Shown one piece after another: positions 21,336 to 32,600 of a DNA stretch of 64,000 bases. Numbering within the stretch: the first letter of the stretch is position 1; every line of letters starts with the position of its first letter. The stretch comes from Psammoneis japonica. Taxonomy: Eukaryota. The position numbers and the translations under genes were made by a program. Under the pieces are notes generated by a model, which was not told the DNA's origin, made no database searches, and saw nothing but the letters and a program-made list of their open reading frames with translations. The DNA lies in NCBI GenBank assembly GCA_008632985.1, contig QPGO01000012.1, forward strand, positions 620,001 through 684,000. The letters run 5' to 3'.

Positions 21336-23456
21336 TACAGGTAGCATTCAAAGGCATACCGGTAGCTGGAAGATGCCATCAGCGGTAACAGCAACAAATA
21401 TGAACCCTTTCAACTGCCTTTCGATTTGCCTACAGAGCTTGGCTGGATGTAATGTGATGGTATCAAGGAAGATCTAGAGGGAAGGCGAGCGGAAATTAGA
21501 GCCAGACTTCATGAACGTTATCCGTATATGAACAAGCAACAAATTGACCTATTAATCGGTGTACTTGACAATGCAATTAATCATTCGGCACCTCAAGTGC
21601 ATCTTCCTCCCTCTAATGAAGATCTTAAAATTTGAGAAACCGCTTACATGCTAAGGATTCTTTGTTGCAATCAAAACACCACTTTTGGTTTTCCTGGTCA
21701 CAACGTCGGTGGCTATTGCAGCCGCCCTCAGGAACAATTGAAAGATACTGAAGATCTATCCTTATGCAATAACTCTTGTGGCTTTTTCATTTAGTGTCCC
21801 TTCCATCTTTCACCGATTCAGTCACTGCTATAAAATGGCGTTCTCACTTTTGGGCAAGGCAAGGAAACGTGTGGAGCTCGCGATTGATGGCCTGGGAAAA
21901 CGAGCGTCTGAACATGGTGTCTCTCGCTCGATCAAAATTAGATCACTTCCTTGCTTTGATAAAGACTGAATTACGTAATGCTAGAATGGCAAAAGCGATT
22001 CTCAGGGAGGCAAATTATACTGCAGACATGTGATCCCAAATTGCTCAGACTTGGAAGGATATCCCACAGGTCCGCGGCTCCATAGACATGGCCAAGCCGA
22101 CACTCAACGTTGATCATTGCATACCTTGGACGCTTCGAACTCAGAGAAGATTTTCGCTGTGTGTGGTGCTTCCGATTCTAATTGTATTGCTAAGAATGTT
22201 GCACGTGGTGGACGGGCGAGGCTTTGGAGCCAACAGAAAACAAGTGGGATCCAGTCATTGTTGCAAACCAAACGCTTTTGATAGCACTCATCGAGACGGC
22301 TCTATCCTTTTTTGTAACACGGGCTAACCGCGTCGCGGACTTGTAAATCGAAAGATTGGCACCATGAACACGAGTGCCAATAGGATGTTGCGGAACAAGG
22401 TCGGTGATACGTTTCACTCCGTACTGGGCCTTGCCATGATTCACGTCCGTCAGGGAGAGCTCAAGATTGTGCAGGCCTTGAATCAGGTACAAGGTGTAGG
22501 GATTTAGGCTCAGAGTGCTGCACACGAAGTTAAAGACAGCACTGTGAAAGCACTGTGAAAGCCTCTCGCGTGATACTTTCCATCGAAGACGCAGTCGGGG
22601 GCGCTACGCAGAATGAGTCGCATGCTGTCGCAAACGTGATGCAGCGCGTCACTGATGCTTTGCATACCGTAGTTGAGGGCATTAACAACAATTGTACTGG
22701 AGGTTTGATCAACTGCACAGACTATTGCACTCCATCTAGTAGAGAACCGCAGGTGGAAACTGCATCTTCGGGTACACGGCAGGTCGTGCTTTGACGTCTT
22801 TTCTTGTTGGGTTCTTCTAGTTACAAAGTATCCTTGTTGTCAATTGGAATGGCCGTACTGCGGCACGGCCAAAATTTTGCAAGAGAATGCTTCCTATCAG
22901 AAATATCATGCACCGTTGGCGAAAATGCTTGGAGTAGAAGAATTAACAAGTGAAACGCGTCGGAGCAGTGGAGCCGAGGTTAGGTCCAGCAACGCATGAT
23001 GCATAAGAGTAGACGATAGACAAAGAGAATTCAAATAGCTAAACAATAGTACTAGTTTTTGTGGCTCTAACCAGTACTTATCAGGTGCGTCTGGGCCTAC
23101 TCAAGAGCATCGCAAGCATGCGACATTACATTCGATTTTGGCTGTTGGTCTGAGTGTGCTCCCTGTAATCAATTGACACAAGTTCTAAGGCCAATAGTAG
23201 AAGTCACTAGTTCAACAAAATCATCCTGAATTGTCTCGTCTACCGTATCATCGCGGTAGCTCGTTAGGTGTCATATCTTCCTTTTCAACAGACATATGCT
23301 GCGTGTACTATTGAAAATTTTGCTTGACTGATGCTGCATGGAACAGAAAGTATATCTTGTACAGTTATTGTTTACAATTATTTAGTCTCTATCTTTTGTA
23401 CTGAGTAGCTTGGTCGTATGTAAGTTACACATCGTTGTTGAACAACAGAAATGCAT

Positions 23457-24545
23457 TTAATCCCGACGAAGCTGCTGGTTGTTTGCAGCGTGCTCGTCGT
23501 CCACAAGCTCTCGAGATCCGTGAGCATAAAGATCGTCATTCATGTTATCGGCCTGGGCCCTCATGTCCTTGCACATTTTGTCAAAACTCGAGGCCGAAAT
23601 CAAATGGCACTTGCGGTCCACCTGCCAAGTAATGGGCGTAAACGGAGAGCAGATTTCATTGTTACGGGCGGTACCGGTGGTGGAGCCAGTGTACTTGGCA
23701 ATGTCGGTTCCCATGTCACCATCGACAATCATACCGCGGAAGAGGTCGGGGTAGTAGTAGTCCTCGTCATTAACAACGGTAAAGACTTGGGACTGGACTC
23801 CAATCTGTTGAGCAGTGTTGGTGATGACGCCGTCACGGCAGAAAACACCGTCGTAGAAGGGAGTTTGGTACTGGAAGGGGGTACCACAGGCACCGGCAGC
23901 AGAGTGGGGCCAGTGAACTTCGTAAGTTTGGCCAACCATCATGCCAATGCAGTGCTGCCAGTTGAACGGAGTGTTGAATTTGGGGTCGTTCTCGTCGTAG
24001 TATCTGCACTGGAATCCCTGACGGCCTTCGTGGAAATCGAGGGGACCGGTGCCAATCTCGTCAAACTCGCCAGCGGAGTAGTGCTCGGCACCAAGATGCC
24101 AGTGAACATTGACAGGGCACAAGCCGGCTTCGAAGTAGGAGGTAGTAATGGGTTCGGCGTCGGTCTCGCGGTCGCCATTGTATCCCTTGGTGACGTTGGC
24201 CCCGGATTGTTCTCCGGTTTGGGTCATCTCGTCGATGATACAGGCGACGTTGGGCAAATCGGGACGCTTGCCTTGGCAGGGGTTGGGTCCTTGAACTGTG
24301 GAGACTTCAACCTCCTTGTTCTTGTTCTTCTCATTGTCGCGGTCGACAGCGAGGTAGATGGTGGAAATGAGGAGTCCAATGGCACAGGCTCCCAAAAATG
24401 CCATGAGAAGCTTCATGCGCTTGAGAGCAACGTTGGGCATGACAGTAACGCCGGAAGAAGCACGGCTGCTGGCAGCGGTGGCATCATCTTGGGGAGTCTT
24501 ATCGACGGGAGCTCCGGATTCAATTTCGGTGGTTTCCTTGCACAT
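23457..24545 (-). CDS. Delta-class carbonic anhydrase (TWCA1-like) with N-terminal membrane anchor
   Basis: Motifs CPVNVHWHLGAEHYS, YEVHWPHSAAGACG, QYQTPFYDGVFC, GVQSQVFTVVNDE, YTGSTTG and ITWQVDRKCHLISASSFDKMC. Hydrophobic segment LLMAFLGACAIGLLISTIYLAV. Start placed at MCKETT. Confidence 0.92.
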   Translation of the reverse strand: MCKETTEIESGAPVDKTPQDDATAASSRASSGVTVMPNVALKRMKLLMAFLGACAIGLLISTIYLAVDRDNEKNKNKEVEVSTVQGPNPCQGKRPDLPNVACIIDEMTQTGEQSGANVTKGYNGDRETDAEPITTSYFEAGLCPVNVHWHLGAEHYSAGEFDEIGTGPLDFHEGRQGFQCRYYDENDPKFNTPFNWQHCIGMMVGQTYEVHWPHSAAGACGTPFQYQTPFYDGVFCRDGVITNTAQQIGVQSQVFTVVNDEDYYYPDLFRGMIVDGDMGTDIAKYTGSTTGTARNNEICSPFTPITWQVDRKCHLISASSFDKMCKDMRAQADNMNDDLYAHGSRELVDDEHAANNQQLRRD

Positions 24546-24649
24546 GTTGATGTTCTTATAAAGAGATGAAAAAATTGTGAGAAGTGCGGTTGCGAGAAGA
24601 AAGGTGACACGTAAAAAGTGTGAGAAAAAGGATGCGCTTGAACCGCGCC

Positions 24650-25017
24650 ACGTCAGTTTCCACGTGATTGAGAACGCACCAAACAATATATGATGTAAAA
24701 ATTGAAGCATGAAGTTTCTTCGAATAATTTATTTAACTATTTTACGTCATAATTGCGTCTTTAAAACGTGTTATTTAAAGCCATTTTTTGAGTTGTCGTG
24801 ACGTGTCTGAAATGTGACGTTGATCGCTCGTGTGACCTTTTAGGCGCGAAAATCCAGCCAGCTGCTCGATGCAACCGGGGCGAAGCTGCCAGATGCGACG
24901 CAATGATCACGTCTAAGTGTTTAAGTGCCTTTACGTCGAAATGACGTTCCATGCGAATCATGTTAAGTGCATCTTCCGTCACAATTCCGACACGTAAGAT
25001 CAACGCAAACCTGACGT
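24650..25017. promoter_or_regulatory. Cluster of TGACGT/ACGTCA (CRE/CCRE-like) motifs and one CACGTG upstream of the delta-CA
   Basis: ACGTCA at 24650 and 24744, CACGTG at 24661, TGACGT at 24799, 24815, 24942 and 25012. Confidence 0.4.
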
Positions 25018-25753
25018 TGTCAACTTTTGCCGGCGTTTTCTGCTTTTCGAACCAACAACAGCTGCCTGCTGCTCTGCCTGCTCCCCAAACAAATGATGCA
25101 CGTGATGCTTCCCTCCAGCACAAGAATGAAAACAGTTGTGTTTCTCTGTCAACACTGAAAAGTTGCCTCTCTCTGTTTGGACAAGGAAAAAGAGCAAGCA
25201 CGGCTCTCCTTTGTCCCTCGCGCACTCCTTTTTCCGTGTGTGTGCTCCTTTTCTCATGACAGGCTGGGCAACAACTGCAGCACTTTGCAACCCAAAAAAG
25301 GCTGTCTCTGGCCACAAAGATTCTGGTTTGTTTTGAGACTTTGATTGCAGCATCCAACATTTTGTTGGTGACTTGGGTTTTTGTCTTCCACACACTCCTG
25401 ATTGCTGTGCCCCACCAGGTCAACAAAGGGGGGCCAGTTTGCTTGCACACCATGTGAGAAACACACGGGGCGATGCTGGCAAAACCCAACGGTGTGCAAT
25501 CCAGCTTTGTTGTGAATTTCAATGTGTGCAAGTGCAGATTTTACAAGCTGCTGCATTGTTGCAGGGAGAGACAGATGGGAAAGGAGGGGCCAGCAACTGC
25601 TCTGTTTTTTTTTTTTTTTAATGAGAAGGCTCAACGGGGTGCTCAAAAAGGGCACAATGGCGCTGCCAGAGCTGAGAGCATGACACACCCATATGAAAAA
25701 AAGCTGTGGGTCATGGCAAAGCTGTGAGAATTCTGTTGTGCACCATTTCAGCT

Positions 25754-26524
25754 CCAGGTGGGACCTCGCACTGATGAGCTGTGACATCGACAGTTTTTTG
25801 AATCAAGCAAATGCCACGCACGTGCATTGCCACATGATTTCAGTGAATTTTGCACCACTCAATGGTGCAATTGTTGGGCAATCCATTTGACAACTCTTTT
25901 AGCATTTTTCTTCTGTGCCATTCTCAAATGTCTCAGGCGAGTCAGAACTGAAGCTGTGTTCCGCCTCAAGCTTCAGCATGCAAAGGGGGGGTCAAAATTG
26001 CCCATTTGTCACAGCATGCAGAATCTACGCAGGTTCTGGCATTGACCTTGCTGCAAGCACAGTCAGCAAATGACCCAACAATCCCAGCATGCAGGGCCTG
26101 CGCAGGTCATGGTGTTGAACTTCTTGTCAGTGCATGACCTGCGTGATCACGACTGCAACTTTTGGCAGCGATTCGATTCTTCCCGGGACTGACTGGTGAC
26201 GCACTGACTGTCACAGCAGAATTTGCACCATGTGCTGCAAAAGCTGTGATCAGCAAGTGGGCTGTGATCCAAAAAAGAATCTGGAACCTTGAAGGGGGTG
26301 GGGTTTGGAGGCGGAACACACAATTAATTTGGACTTGCCTTAAGAACAGTGCAGGTGAGGCGGGTCATCCAAAACTTGAGTGCAAACAGGGATGGATGTG
26401 CCTCAAACTTGGTTGTTTGTTCAAATGTCAAAGACTGGCATGTGCACTGACCAGAGCACAAACTGCAGAGCTCACATGCAGAATTTTGCTGCACAGGCAA
26501 ATGCTGCACAGAGTCTCACCCAGG
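25754..26524. mobile_element. MITE (CCAGGTGGGAC-type termini), same family as 62308-62668, interrupted by a second MITE
   Basis: Both halves align to 62308-62668 (ccaggtgggacctcgcactg...; aaaactt(c)gagtgcaaacagggat...). Confidence 0.8.
25936..26339. mobile_element. Nested MITE, PIF/Harbinger (Tourist)-like
   Basis: Imperfect ~35-bp TIRs ggcgagtc..tgtgttccgcctc / gaggcggaacaca..gacttgcc. 3-bp TSD is TTA on the right and TCA on the left. The empty site tgtc-tta-agaa is seen in the copy at ~62490. Confidence 0.75.
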
Positions 26525-29500
26525 GCTGGAATGTGCCAGAGAATTTGCAAGGAACGCCGTTGATTTCTGTGCTGAGTTGTGCCCAGCAAGCAGCGCCACA
26601 CTGTGCAATGCTGGTTGGGGTGCAACACACATCTGGGCTCATGCAGGCTTCAGCTGGTGCTTGGGCAAGGCATGGTCATCTTGTGTCAAGAGATTTGGCA
26701 ACGCTGCTCTTTTGCTGTCATTTTTTGCACTCACTGCTTTTAACACAATGCTCATCAGCCCAGCACACAGCAACTTTGTCTTGTTTTTTTTTTAGACCAA
26801 TGTTTGCTCTGTCAACAACACTCTGGCCATTGGGCTGTTTGTCCTTGTGCTTGGGCAGACCACACCAGTCTGAGTCCATTTGAACATGTTGCTCTTGCTT
26901 GCACTCTCTCTTTGATGCTGTGATCTCTGTCCCATGACAACATGGCTTGGATTCCTGTTTTGTTTTGTTTTGTTTTGTTGACACTCTTTGGAGTGAATCA
27001 TTTGGTTCACACAATTGTCATTTGGTGTCAAGAGGCACCTGTTTTGTTGTGTCAGCTGCACATTTTGCATTGATGCCAAGGCAACCCATGGCCACTGCAG
27101 ACTGCACCAAAGCAAGTGCACATGGCACAGGAGACCTTGCAGTGATTCCCTTTTGGTGACATTGGTTTGCAGGTTCAACGTTCACTCCAAAGAATCATTG
27201 TCACTGTGCTCATTGCTTGCAGACTGCAGACCACTGCCTGTGCAAAGTTTTGCTGCAGCCAACTCCCACACATCTGTCCTCTGTGTTGCTGCTGCTGCTC
27301 CTTGCACAGACTGCAGCACATTCAGGACAGCTTGCACTTGATGCACTCACTGTCTCAAATTTGCCAAGGACATGAAAAGGCAAAGGAATTTGCATGACCT
27401 GCTGCTGGAGATGCTTGTGGAGAATCTCTTAAAATGCTGTTGCTGACTGCAACTTGCTGTGTGTGCCATGCATGTTGCAGATGAGGGCAGTCTCTTGACT
27501 TGGCTTGGCCAGTGCATCACATTGTTGAGCTCACATTGTTGATTGATTTGTTTGCATTCATTTGGCATTGGATGCAACAACTCTGTTGTCACTTTGTGAG
27601 CCTGCTGGCAGCATTGTGCAAAAATCACTGCCTCAAAGGAAATTGAGTGGGGTGTCCACAAAGTTGCCAAAAAGATTTTTGCAAACTCCACCCAGCCAAG
27701 GACAAGAAGTTGATCAACTGGCAGTCATCCTGCTCTCTTTGCACTGGAGCTTGTGCCATGCTCCACCAAATGAGCTTCAGCACAGAGTCCAGTGGCTCTT
27801 GTAGTGGAATTCTGCTGCCTCTCTGTGGTGTGCCTTGGAAACTCTGCTCTCTTGGCAAGCCACCAGCACAGAGCTCTCAACCACTCTGCTGCCACCATGT
27901 CACACCTCCTCAACCTTTGAAAAATTTCAAAATTCCCAATTTTGTCATTGCACTTGGTTTGCACAACAACCAGAGCTGGGAATTGTCACACTTGATTTGG
28001 ACATGTGGCGCTGGCTTTCAGGTCTTCCATTTTTTAGATGCTGCCACCCACCTTCATTTTGTCCCACTCACAGCATGTGTGCCCACTTGGAATGTGCACA
28101 TCTCCTCATTGCCTTGTTTCTAGGTGCTGATGACATGGCCAATGCAAGCACTGCACTTTGCACAGTGCATCAGCAGCCAACCAAACAATTTGTTCACACA
28201 GCACAGCAAACAAAATGGATGGAGTCAGATCTGCAGATTTGCTCCATGTTTTCCAGCTGCTGTCTCAACAGCACGCGGCGCTGCATGGGCACATTTGCGT
28301 GTGTGTGTTTTGTGCATTGGGGGGCACATTCATGCTTTGCAGCAGCTCCTGAAAGTCTGCCTGACATTGTTGCCCACAGACTTGTGATGGGTTTTCATTG
28401 GAAGTTTGCCCATTTGTGCCAGTGCAGCATCTCATGAACCATGGGATTTTCTGCATGATTTTGTGTGTTGGATTCATGCATTGGAAACAAAACAAAATGT
28501 CTCATCAGTCAGGTGCACATGAAGGCAGAAAAGAAAACAAACAAACTGGGAACTTCTGCAGAAGTTTGTGCAACTGGACAGACATTTTGCAGTGGTCAGA
28601 CTTTTGGGAGGTGCCAGAGCATGCACTGGTTGTTGAGACAATTCTGGGCAGCTCCACTCTGTGACATGACATTTGCACTGCAGCCAAGCCAAGGTGGTGG
28701 CGGGGAATCTTTGACTCTTTGTGCCAAAACAGCAGGCCAAGCACAAGGAGAGGATTTTTTGTGGGGACAACAACCAGATGTCACCCAGTCACCCTGTTGT
28801 TCTTGGCAGATGATTGCTGGCGGCAATGCAGCTAGCTGTGGTGTGATCTGATGTGGGTCCATGATGATGAAAAATTCCCACCCAACCTGGCCTTCTGTTC
28901 ACACAGCGCTGGTGGGGGAGAACAAAATGGATGGAAAAGCATCTGCAGATTTGTTCCCCATTTTCTGGCCACTGTCTTGGCAGCACCACAACATGAACAT
29001 GTGTGTGCTTGCACACATGTTTCACAAAACAGACACATTTGTGTGTGCCTGGCTGCTGCTGTTGGGGCCATTTTGGCAGCTCCACACATTGTGGCCAAGT
29101 GGATGCAGCAGAATCAATCATTCAAAAGATGCACAACCTGTGCCCAGAATGACTTTTTTGCAGCTTCATTGGCATGTTCTCTGCGCGCATGTTTCCCTTG
29201 CAGCATTTGCACCAGCCTCAACAAAGTCCTGCCCTCCAGCAAACAAAAACATCAACCACAAGAAGTGAGCATCACAAGAAAAATCTGGAACTGTGTCTTT
29301 TTTCCTTTGTTCCTGAAGACAGCTCTTGCAATCCCAAAGCACAGCTCTCCCATGTTTTTGCTTGCTTGTGCTGCCAATGCTGCCCGCGTTGCTTCTCACA
29401 ACTTTTTTGCTGCTGCCCCTTTGGCTTTGCAACATGCCCGCCATTGCTGCTTGCTCCATGCCAAAGCTCTGCAAAGCACTCTGCAAGTGACAAACCTTGA

Positions 29501-29673
29501 AGAAGTTTCTCACGACACTGTTTGTGCTGTTTGCCACCAAGATGAAAAAACATGATGGCCTGCATCAGAGGGGCAAAAAAGGTGGCACAAATCACAGGTC
29601 ATCGTTTCACGCACTGAACCAGCGCACGCACATCTTCATTTGTTGGGTCGATGTCTCAATCATTTAATTTCCT

Positions 29674-32600
29674 TGCAGACTAGCGACATCGGGACGATCT
29701 AACAGACATCTAGGACAGATGACAATCGTGCGCTAGAGATGAGAGAAAGTGAGCAGAGAGAGATCATCGGATCTCTCAATGCTGTCCATGCCAGTCTGTC
29801 TGAGAGAAGGGAGTGCACTCCCCATCTTGGATGTCTGTCACCCTCCCCTGATGAGCAATGCAAAAGCTCATCAAGAAAGAAAAGGAGACAATCCGAGAAA
29901 AAAATGGGACCAGAATGGCAAACTAAAGAGACACACAGAACAGAACAACAATCAATGGCAGTGTCCCATGAGACGACGGGCATGGCAAGAGCAAAGCATC
30001 CAACCCACAGCCTTGGTCAGGACATCAGCGGGGTCAATGACACCTGGGACATGTCTTGTGACAATTTTCCCCGCATCACGCCAGTCTTGGATCGCAAAAT
30101 GTTGAACATCAACATGGCGGGATCGTTTGGCAGGGACCTTGTTGTTGATCATCCGGACAGCGGAAGAGTTGTCAATGTGCAAGGGAGTGGGGTCACATTG
30201 AACAAAGCCCAGTTCTTCGAGAACCATGCAAAGGCACAATGTCTGCTTGGCACCAGTGACAGCAGCAAGAAATTCAGCCTCAGTGGAACTGGTGGCTGCA
30301 ATGGTTTGTGCACGGCAACGGCAGTCAATCGCAGCACCAGCAAGGACATGTGCACAGCCAGCAGCAGATCTGCAATGCCAAAGTTCATTGGCATGTGCTG
30401 CATCAATGTGACCAAGCAGTCAAAATGGATCATCAGCACGGGGGAACTCAGGAAGAGATGGATCATCCTCGAGCCACTCAAAATCACGGGAAGGTGGGCC
30501 CGGATCATGCTGGTTTTCTTGCACATCAACCCCCAGTGTTTGGCACGACGGAGATGCTTGGCCATGTGCTTGAGAGAATCACAGTGGACGTCAGCAGGAG
30601 CCTTGGAGAACTTGGACAAGGTGACAACAGGGCAGCCAACATCCAAGCAACAACACGAGTGTGCAAAGACCAATTCACCCAAAAGAGAGCAATGGGAGAA
30701 ACCGTGAGAGTCAGAGAGAGCATCGTGTTAGGAGCACCCTCTTCAGGACCTTCAGCAGTGTGCAACTCGGGAGTGCAGTCAACGGGTGTGGGGGCAGCCT
30801 TGAAGTTGCCATCGGTTTCATTCGCAGCGGGAGCATCCCATCCATGAGTCTTGAAGACACGGTCAAGGCAGCTGGCAATGTTGATTGTGATCGAATCATC
30901 ATTCTGAACAACATCAACACCATTGAATTCAGTGACAAGGCCAAGACATTTGAAAGGAGGGGTGTCCTCGTTCTCCATCTGAAGAGCTTTTCCAATGTGA
31001 TCGTAGATTTCCTTTGCAACTTTCTCGGAAGGACAAGCAAGTGCAAAATCATCAACTTGATGGAGTAAGAGGACCTTGACACCATCATGTTGACCAGAGC
31101 AAATGCACTTGTCGTGAGCAGTGTTGCAAAAAAGAAGTTTTGCACCAGTGAGAATTGAGTTGATGTGCTTTTCCCACAGAACACCAGCTTCGGGATGGCC
31201 TTGGAGAGCATGCTTGAGCGGGAGGACACAGTGACGAGGGACCTTCTTGCCAAAGTGTTTTTCGCACCAAGTGGCACAGGCATCATCAATGGCAACAAAT
31301 GCCGGTTGGGAAGGGCCAGGAGAATGAGCGCATGCATCTCGTGCATCACCACCATAGACTTGACAGGACATGGCAGCACTGAGAGTGAAAAACATCTTTT
31401 CAATCGAGCGTTCCACACAAGAAGAGTGCGTGGAAGTCAGTTTGTGCAAGGCTGGCACAGCTGACTTGGATCCGTCTCCACATTGTTGAGAGCGACGTTG
31501 GCCATCTGGTTTCACCACATGGTCCCAATGCAGACGCACAACATTTGCTCCAGGAGGACGAGGTTGCGGGGACCATGCATGCCGAGTGCACAAAATTGAT
31601 CCAATTGGCGCTTCTCTCCTTCTTCCCATTCAGGCCATGTTTCAAGTTTACGGAGCTTGGCACGGGCAAGACGGTCGAGAGTGGCTTCTTCCGGAGTAAT
31701 TTCACGGGAGCTGACAGCGTGGAGGTGAGCATAGAAAACGTCCGTCAGAATGGAATCCTCAGAAAAATCATCATCAGGGTAGAGAACGGCTGCAATGGAT
31801 CGCACATCTTCCAAAGTGAGCTCCGGCGCATGGGAGTCGTCTTCCATTGCGTCATGGTCAAATGGCTCTGCTTCCTCAAAGGCTTTGTTGAGGGTGCGAG
31901 AGTCGAGACGTCATTCAGGCGCAAACGCAAGTTCAAAAGCAGGAATTTCATCTTGGCAGACCTGCAGGAGTGCGTTTTCAGCATCTTGCGGCATGAAGAC
32001 CTCATGCTTGTTGATGGATGCAACACAGGCGCCCACAAGCTTGTTCCGAGTGGCATGGAGAGAAGAAAACAGAGATGCCGCGGGACTGCGTTGCTTGATT
32101 TCCAAGACATGGACGCGTTCCATGAGAGCACACTTGGAGAACACAAAACCACAGCTGGGATCTTTCGGAGGGCGTTTCATGGTGCAAATGACAGTCTTGG
32201 CAAAAGGATTCGATGAAGACACAAACATTGGAACGGTGGTGTCCTGTGTTTCAGCGGGAAAAGGCTGGCCATTTTCCATGCATTGCAGCTGGGCAGCATT
32301 TGGAGGGAGTTGATCAAGAGAGAGGTCATTCATGCCCTCATCACAGCAGACGTGTTTAGCTGTCTTGACTTTGTCAGTCTCCGGATCCCACCAAAGAACA
32401 TTCTTCAGGGTGTTCGGGAGATGTCCAAGGAATGCACCTTTCTTGGAGTTGGAGCGAAAAGTGGCGGAGCGTTTTGTGGAGCATTTGGCCCATGCTCGAC
32501 ATCCAAAAGTCTTCAGGGCAGCAAAATCTTCGACCTTTCCAGTGGCAAGGGTGATGGGAGATGCATCTTGATCTTTCGCAGGAGCAGCATTCTTGATGCG

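Noticed and set aside
21340..23400. Short ORFs between the GT10 and delta-CA genes (e.g. 22190-22525)
   Set aside because: Normal composition but no recognisable domain or convincing gene structure.
23451..24569. 372-aa ORF antisense to the delta-CA
   Set aside because: Shadow ORF in register with a strongly codon-biased gene, with no recognisable motifs.
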